A stretch of DNA of 64,000 bases from Gemmatimonadota bacterium (GTDB taxonomy: Bacteria; Gemmatimonadota; Gemmatimonadetes; Gemmatimonadales; GWC2-71-9). The translations under genes and the position numbers were made by a program. The DNA lies in NCBI GenBank assembly GCA_039586365.1, contig JBDHKN010000003.1, positions 1-64,000 of the forward strand, given 5' to 3'. The notes below the pieces were generated by a model, which saw only the letters and a program-made list of their open reading frames with translations, had not been told where the DNA came from and did no database searches. Below, piece after piece: positions 58,600-64,000 of the stretch (positions are counted from its first letter, which is position 1; each line of letters starts with the position of its first letter).

Positions 58600-59445
58600 A
58601 TGGCGATCGCGCAGGCGACGGGAGTAGTCCTCGCTCTCGCAGCTGCAGCGATGTGGGGTGGGGCGGACTTCAGCGGCGGACTTGCCAGCCGTCGGACCAA
58701 TCACCTCGCAGTACTGGCCCTGTCCAGATTGTCGGGGCTGGTGCTGCTCGCTGCGATGGCCGCGGTGACGCGAGAATCGCTACCGCCGCTGACATCGGCT
58801 GAGTGGGCCGCCGCGGCCGGTCTGGCGGGTGCGCTGGGCATTGCGGCACTGTACAAGGGTCTGGCGATCGAGCGCGCCGCCCTGGTCGTCCCGCTGGCGG
58901 GCGTGATCGGGGCAGCCATACCGGTTCTGTTTGAGGCAGCTACTCACGGGGTGCTGCCGCTCTGGCAGCAGGCCGGCCTGGTGACAGCGTTGGTGGGAAT
59001 CTGGCTCGTGAGCCAAGGGCACGGACCATTTGGCAGAGACTCATCCAAAGGGCTGTTGCTGGGTGGCGTGGCTGGGGTCGGCTTCGGTGGGTTCTTCATC
59101 CTGCTGGGGCAGGTTGGTCCGGGCGCCGTGTTCACGCCACTCGTCATAGCAAGTTGCGCTGGCCTCGTTGCTGCCGCTGTTGCTCTGCTGCTTTCCGGGA
59201 CCGCCCTGCCAGGGCCGACTGGGAATCCCGTTGCGCTCCTGGCCGGAGTTCTCGACGCAGCCGGCGTCGTGATGTTTCTTGTGGCGATTCGGTGGGTACG
59301 ACTGGACATCGCGGCCGTACTCGCGTCGCTATACCCGGCGATCACCGTGCTGCTCTTTCGGGTGGTGAAGCAGGAGTTCGTCGCTCGCAGGCAGTGGCTC
59401 GGGCTGGCAGTGTGTGTCGTGGCGATAGCGCTGATCACGGTATGA
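58600..59445 (+). CDS. EamA/DMT family transporter
   Basis: WGGADF.GG.ASRR, LYKGLA, LASLYPA.TVLL. About 10 TM segments. GAGGAGG RBS. Confidence 0.9.
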   Translation: MAIAQATGVVLALAAAAMWGGADFSGGLASRRTNHLAVLALSRLSGLVLLAAMAAVTRESLPPLTSAEWAAAAGLAGALGIAALYKGLAIERAALVVPLAGVIGAAIPVLFEAATHGVLPLWQQAGLVTALVGIWLVSQGHGPFGRDSSKGLLLGGVAGVGFGGFFILLGQVGPGAVFTPLVIASCAGLVAAAVALLLSGTALPGPTGNPVALLAGVLDAAGVVMFLVAIRWVRLDIAAVLASLYPAITVLLFRVVKQEFVARRQWLGLAVCVVAIALITV

Positions 59446-59651
59446 CGGAGGGGGGAATACTCGGTACCCTGCCACGCCGCGACGATGTCATGCTGGCTGG
59501 AGGGCGGCAGCCAACTGTCTGGCGGGTGCCGGCGAATGCCATAGCTTAACGCACTCTGGAGTCATCCTAGGACCACTCGGTGGCGTGTTGGAGTGCTCCA
59601 GGCGTCTGACACAACACGATTGACACATCCCTTACACCGAAGAGGAATCCG

Positions 59652-60833
59652 ATGTCCACCAATCGCAGGGATTTCTTGACCCAGCTTACGTTGGCCGGAG
59701 TCGGCGCTCCCGCTCTTGCAGGCGGAGTTGCAGCTTTTTCTCCTGCTGTTCGGGCAGCTTCGCAGGTACCCGGAGATGATCTCGCTCAGCCACCAAGACA
59801 ACAATCGGGGCAAGCCGTTCATTCAGTCCTTTCCCAGGACCACCAATACATATACATCGATTCCTGCATGCAGATCTGGCCCGACGCCGATCTCGCGGTG
59901 GCACACAGACACGGGGTCACCGCCTATGGTGTCACCGCGTGGGATCCGCACGCCGATACTAGCAGTGCTCTCGAAGGGCTCATGTACTGGCATCTGATGA
60001 CCCGGCAATATCCCAACCTCGTGCTGGTTGAAACCACGGATGACATCCGCCAGGCCAAGCGTGATGGCAAAGCCGGGCTTCTCTTGGCAGCACAGGACGG
60101 TGACTGGATCGGTCTGGAGCTGCACCGTATCGAGGCCTTTCAACAACTGGGACTGCGCATGATGCTTCTGGCATACAATGCAACGAACCAGTTGTGCGAC
60201 GGCTGCTTGGACCGGACCGATGGAGGCCTGACGCGTTTCGGTGAGTTGGTCGTTGATGAGTGCAACCGGGTAGGCATCGCGCTCGACTGCACCCACACCG
60301 GCAGGCGTGCGACGCTGGAGATCATGGAGCGGAGCCGCCACCCTTGCATATTCAGTCACTCCAATCCCAATGCCATCGTTCCGAGCCCGCGCAACATCGA
60401 CGACGAGCAGATCAGAGCGTGCACCTCACGTGGTGGCGTGATCGGTTTGGTGTCCTGGGGGCCTCTGGTGATGCGACCCGGTACGACGCATCGGCCCACC
60501 CTGGATGAGTTCATCGATCTCATCGACTACGTGGCCCAAATCACGGGGAGCGCTGACCACATCGGGATCAGCACCGACATGTCGCTCGGGACCTATCCCG
60601 ATCACGAGGTAGATCCTTGGGGTGCGCCCGAATACCCCAACTTCACGGAGCAATACAACCGTCATGTTACCGCGGACATCCGTTCTCCCATGAGAAACGT
60701 GGAGGGCTTCTCAGACTTCGCCGAGATCGTCTCGGTCGCCGACCGTCTGCTTTCCCGGGGTTATTCCGATGGTGACGTGCGAAAGATGCTGGGAGAGAAC
60801 TTCCTCAGAGTGTTCGAGACGGTCTGGCGCTAG
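59652..60833 (+). CDS. Membrane dipeptidase (M19 family) with Tat signal
   Basis: NRRDFL, DGGLT.FG..VV.ECNR.G...D.TH, SHSN...RN..DEQI, DHIGI.TD, K.LGENFLRV. Confidence 0.9.
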   Translation: MSTNRRDFLTQLTLAGVGAPALAGGVAAFSPAVRAASQVPGDDLAQPPRQQSGQAVHSVLSQDHQYIYIDSCMQIWPDADLAVAHRHGVTAYGVTAWDPHADTSSALEGLMYWHLMTRQYPNLVLVETTDDIRQAKRDGKAGLLLAAQDGDWIGLELHRIEAFQQLGLRMMLLAYNATNQLCDGCLDRTDGGLTRFGELVVDECNRVGIALDCTHTGRRATLEIMERSRHPCIFSHSNPNAIVPSPRNIDDEQIRACTSRGGVIGLVSWGPLVMRPGTTHRPTLDEFIDLIDYVAQITGSADHIGISTDMSLGTYPDHEVDPWGAPEYPNFTEQYNRHVTADIRSPMRNVEGFSDFAEIVSVADRLLSRGYSDGDVRKMLGENFLRVFETVWR

Positions 60834-60845
60834 GGAACGTATAGT

Positions 60846-61316
60846 TCAAGAAATGACGTAGGCCCCGGTACCAACGGCGATCAGTTCGCCGGTCTCGTCC
60901 GCGACCTCGACCCGCGACACCGCTATGCGCCGGCCGGTGCGGAGGTTGTGTCCCGTGGCCACGAACTCGGTTCCGCGTCCCGGCCGCAGGAAGTCGACTC
61001 GCAGATCTATCGTGCCTAGAAGCTCGAACTGGTGCAGTTTCTCGTCGACTGAGTCATCGTTTGCACTGCGTTGCAGGCTCAGGAAGGCCGTGAGGCCGCC
61101 GGTTACGTCGATCACTGTGGAGATGACGCCGCCATGAAGAGTACCTCGGACGTAATTGCCGATCAGCTCGTCACTCATTTGGAAGGCTACTTGGGGCCGG
61201 TCGTAATCGAGTGTGCGGATCTCCAGGCCGAGCACCTGGTTGAATGGAATGCGCGAGAAGATCTCCCGTATGCGAGGGAGCAGACCCTCGTTGTCGGTTG
61301 TGTCGGCGGTACTCAT
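60846..61316 (-). CDS. PaaI/hotdog-fold thioesterase
   Basis: IPFN..LG, LHGGVIS..ID..GG, TIDLRVDFLRPG. Alternative TTG start at 61334. Confidence 0.9.
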   Translation of the reverse strand: MSTADTTDNEGLLPRIREIFSRIPFNQVLGLEIRTLDYDRPQVAFQMSDELIGNYVRGTLHGGVISTVIDVTGGLTAFLSLQRSANDDSVDEKLHQFELLGTIDLRVDFLRPGRGTEFVATGHNLRTGRRIAVSRVEVADETGELIAVGTGAYVIS

Positions 61317-61342
61317 GGTTGATCGTTGCTCCAACGGCCTCT

Positions 61343-61690
61343 CTAGACTCGTCGCCCGATCAGCCGTTCCACCTGCTTTAACGTCTCGTCGACGGTCGCC
61401 TTGAACTCGGTGATACCGGGAGTGGCCGGACCAACGGTGCCGTCGATGACACTGGAGAACACGCTGTGGCAGACCTGGGCTGCCCTGTGCAAGCGCAGCC
61501 TTCGCAGGGACCGTTGGTAATCAGAGGCGTCGGCTGCTCCGATCAGGGCCAGTAGACTGGTCCGCACATTGTCGAGCGCCGCCTTGAATTCCTCCAAAGC
61601 GGCCATCGGCAGATCGTCCCACGCGAGCTTCACATCGATCTCGTTCAGCGCCTGCTGCAGTTGGTCTACTGCGTGGTTCAGGTCACTCAT
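61343..61690 (-). CDS. Hypothetical helical protein (paralogue of 61683-62117)
   Basis: Overlaps the upstream gene's stop and shares a motif with it (see findings). Confidence 0.75.
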   Translation of the reverse strand: MSDLNHAVDQLQQALNEIDVKLAWDDLPMAALEEFKAALDNVRTSLLALIGAADASDYQRSLRRLRLHRAAQVCHSVFSSVIDGTVGPATPGITEFKATVDETLKQVERLIGRRV

Positions 61691-62117
61691 TGTTTCTCAC
61701 CTCCAGCACCTCGGCAAGTTCCTGCAGCATCGCGTGGAATACCCTGAGCCCCGGCATGTTGGATGGCACGGTGTCGGTATAAAGATCCGCCAGCACATCC
61801 TGGCAAAGTTCGTTCGCACGGCGAATTCTCACTCTCCCGATGAAACCGGCGAGGTCGCCAGCATTCTGGGCCTTGAGCACTGCCCAGACACTCTGTCGTA
61901 GGCTGTCAACCTCCAATCCCAAGTACCTGACACCCTCTGACATTGCATTCCCTGGAGGCTTGCGTGCCTGCAACATTGCCAGGGCTTCCGTCACTTCTTT
62001 GACACCTCTGCGTACATCGGCATCAATCGTTTCTGCTACCGGATGTAGGTCCTGCAAGTGCTCAGGAAGGTGCTCGACGTCGTGATCCGTTCCCTCATCT
62101 CTCGCCTTAGCCATCAC
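61683..62117 (-). CDS. Hypothetical helical protein
   Basis: Purine-rich RBS (AAGGGGGGAGA) and coupling to the downstream paralogue. Confidence 0.75.
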   Translation of the reverse strand: MMAKARDEGTDHDVEHLPEHLQDLHPVAETIDADVRRGVKEVTEALAMLQARKPPGNAMSEGVRYLGLEVDSLRQSVWAVLKAQNAGDLAGFIGRVRIRRANELCQDVLADLYTDTVPSNMPGLRVFHAMLQELAEVLEVRNNE

Positions 62118-62252
62118 TCTCCCCCCTTTTCAACCAGCGTGCCTCTGGCTCGGCCTCTACGTTGGAATCTAGCGTCGCACTGACACGGGCCAACGCCGCG
62201 AATTGAGTGCAGCGCACGACTAACGGGCTACGCTGTTGCAACGGCAATCCAC

Positions 62253-62504
62253 TCATGCCGTGTTCCAATAACCGAACTCCACTTCATAGCACGATGCATC
62301 TAGGTCTGCCGCCCGGTCCCGAAAGAAAGCTGCTGCATCGGCAATTGCTCGATTGTACACTATCGGTCCGATCTCTTTGAGGAAGTAGTCTAGGAGAAGG
62401 TTGGCCTTCAGGTCCCCAATCTCGTCCTCCATGTATTCCTCAAAGTAGCGTTTGATGGAAGCGATCACCTGTTTCTGGTTGTCTTGTGAGATCTTGATGG
62501 CCAC
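62253..62504 (-). CDS. DUF2164 family protein
   Basis: IASIKRYF.E.M..EIGDL.A.LLLDYFL.EIGP.VYN.AI.DA. GGAGGAGG RBS. Confidence 0.9.
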   Translation of the reverse strand: MAIKISQDNQKQVIASIKRYFEEYMEDEIGDLKANLLLDYFLKEIGPIVYNRAIADAAAFFRDRAADLDASCYEVEFGYWNTA

Positions 62505-62556
62505 CGCAACCCTCCTCCATGACGCTAGAGATCACTCACGGCCGAGCCCGTCAGAA

Positions 62557-63231
62557 TCAACTGTCATAGACTGCCAGTAGCTCCACCTGTGCCTCAGGTG
62601 CAAACAGCAATATGGCGTCCCGGATATCGCCCAGATGGCCGTCAATCGCGGCGTGGTCTATCCCGGGCACTCCATACACCGTAAACAGCGCGTGCCGTGT
62701 CCCAGGCTGCAGGCGCGTCCGGTGATCGGGTCCGTATAGGACACTTGAGATTGTCGCCGTCCGATCGGCAATGCACATGTCGCCTGGCTTCAGTTCCTGA
62801 TCCCCGCCATTGAGCAACGTGTAGTGCTCAGTACCCCGAGCAGCCCCGGCAACCAACTGCCCGTCCAGTGCAGCCACATCGTGACCTGCTGTCAGCAATT
62901 GGTTCTTCAACTCGGCCATGACCATCGCCTTCACCAGTCCCGTCATCTGAGGGATCGACCGATTCTTCAGGACCACCGATTCCAACTGCAGCTGAACGTG
63001 GTACGTCTTCTTGAACCGGCGGTAGTAATCGGTGTAGGCCCGGACTGTGGGAAGCGCCTTTAAGGCAGCCCGGTCAGCGCCGGCGAATAGTGACCGTAGG
63101 CTCCGCTCCACTTCCTCTCCGCGATTGTCCAGCGCCTCATCACGCTCTGGATTCACCACGCCACGCATTACCAACGCTCCTACGGACGCGTTCGGATAGG
63201 TGCTCTTCCACCCGTCAGACAGTGCTAGCAT
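62557..63231 (-). CDS. B3/B4 (PheRS beta-like) tRNA editing domain protein
   Basis: AY..YYRRFKKTYHV.LQLES, LLTAGHD, GDM.I.D....ISS..YGPD.RT. Confidence 0.82.
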   Translation of the reverse strand: MLALSDGWKSTYPNASVGALVMRGVVNPERDEALDNRGEEVERSLRSLFAGADRAALKALPTVRAYTDYYRRFKKTYHVQLQLESVVLKNRSIPQMTGLVKAMVMAELKNQLLTAGHDVAALDGQLVAGAARGTEHYTLLNGGDQELKPGDMCIADRTATISSVLYGPDHRTRLQPGTRHALFTVYGVPGIDHAAIDGHLGDIRDAILLFAPEAQVELLAVYDS

Positions 63232-63232
63232 A

Positions 63233-63703
63233 TCATGTCCCCCCACCATTCGGTCCAGCTGAATGATCGGCCTTCGACCACGCCGCACCACCGAACCAGC
63301 GAACCGCTCGGTAGGCTGCTGCTCTGCGCCACCACCAAACACCCTCTTCCTTCATGATTGCTCTAAAGAGCAGGTCTGCCTCCTGGCGGGTGTAGACTTT
63401 GGCTGGAACAGTCGAGCCCTGGGGAGGATCTCCGCGGTACCGGTACAGGAAGTCGTGGACAAGAGGTGCTGCGATTGAGAGGTCGAACGGACCGATCAGC
63501 CACCAGAAGGGGCGAGGGACCGATGCAAGATCAAACGCGAAAGCGGCTGGCACCGTGATTTGAGTGTCGCCGTCCTGATAGCCATATGCTTGCTCCAATC
63601 GCCACGTTCTCTCGGCGACAAGATACGTGACGACCGGGGGTGATAGAGCAGATCCAACGACCTGAACGAGATCAGCGTCAAGCTCACGTATGAATGCCTT
63701 CAC
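63233..63703 (-). CDS. DUF1353 domain protein
   Basis: ITVPA.F..DLASVPR.FWW.I.P......A..VHDFLY, R.EAD.LF...M...GV..WRR...Y.AVR.FG. Confidence 0.88.
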   Translation of the reverse strand: MKAFIRELDADLVQVVGSALSPPVVTYLVAERTWRLEQAYGYQDGDTQITVPAAFAFDLASVPRPFWWLIGPFDLSIAAPLVHDFLYRYRGDPPQGSTVPAKVYTRQEADLLFRAIMKEEGVWWWRRAAAYRAVRWFGGAAWSKADHSAGPNGGGT

Positions 63704-63942
63704 GCTTGCTCTCCCGTAGCTAGGTTTGTGAGCCGAAGCCACCACACGAGCCGAACCTAAAGCCGCAGTCTGCCACCTGCCGCAGCGACACGTCACTTTA
63801 TAGGGTATCCCGTACGAAGCAGTCAAGCAACGGGCGCCCCGTCAGCCCCACTTGGGCGGTTTGTAAAGACCTCCGTGTGACAGCGGTCACTGTTCCTTCC
63901 CGTTCAGCCGCTACTATGTGTTCTCGCCTGAGGAGGTTAGCC

Positions 63943-64000
63943 ATGATGAATCTGAGTCTCCTGTCGCTGACGGGCCTGATGTCACTCGTTGCGTTCCAGG
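63943..64000 (+). CDS. Partial CDS (signal-peptide-like start), truncated by the window end
   Basis: GAGGAGG RBS, then MMNLSLLSLTGLMSLVAFQ... Confidence 0.6.
   Translation, partial: MMNLSLLSLTGLMSLVAFQ

Noticed and set aside
62185..62250. attC-like integron site (similar weak cases near 14845-14895, 18740-18777, 56360-56400)
   Set aside because: Only partial GTTRRRY-like ends, with no matched R/L boxes, no cassette array and no integrase.
3093..63687. Numerous long antisense or alternate-frame ORFs in the track (e.g. 36863-37930, 11195-12061, 56895-57734)
   Set aside because: Shadow ORFs of well-supported genes, expected in high-GC DNA, with no motifs.
1..64000. CRISPR array, IS/transposase, integrase, prophage, rRNA or tRNA (including tRNA-Sec)
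   Set aside because: No spaced direct repeats, recombinase motifs, phage genes or cloverleaf sequences recognised by eye. A covariance search could still find small RNAs.

Overview
A GC-rich bacterial chromosomal window with no phage, IS, CRISPR, rRNA or tRNA that I can recognise. The gene mix (three PadR + duplicated ABC-permease loci, 6-bladed beta-propeller lipoproteins, many secreted peptidases and amidohydrolases) suggests a Gemmatimonadota/Acidobacteriota-like organism, which is an inference. About 50 CDSs can be assigned. The top find is a secreted PQQ/BamB-type beta-propeller gene (33100-34236) with an in-frame UGA at codon 44, followed by a SECIS-like hairpin with a GGUC loop, and with the protein's only Cys 17 residues later. 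It is a candidate unannotated selenoprotein. Also notable: an orphan Nif11-type RiPP precursor next to a class I glutamine amidotransferase, a PflX-like radical SAM protein with a Tat/lipoprotein signal, two genes whose signal peptides are frameshifted off the mature domain, an unknown membrane protein + vWA module, a tandem pair of unknown paralogues, and a ~49% GC featureless 360-bp spacer. All family assignments come from recognising motifs by eye; no searches were run.
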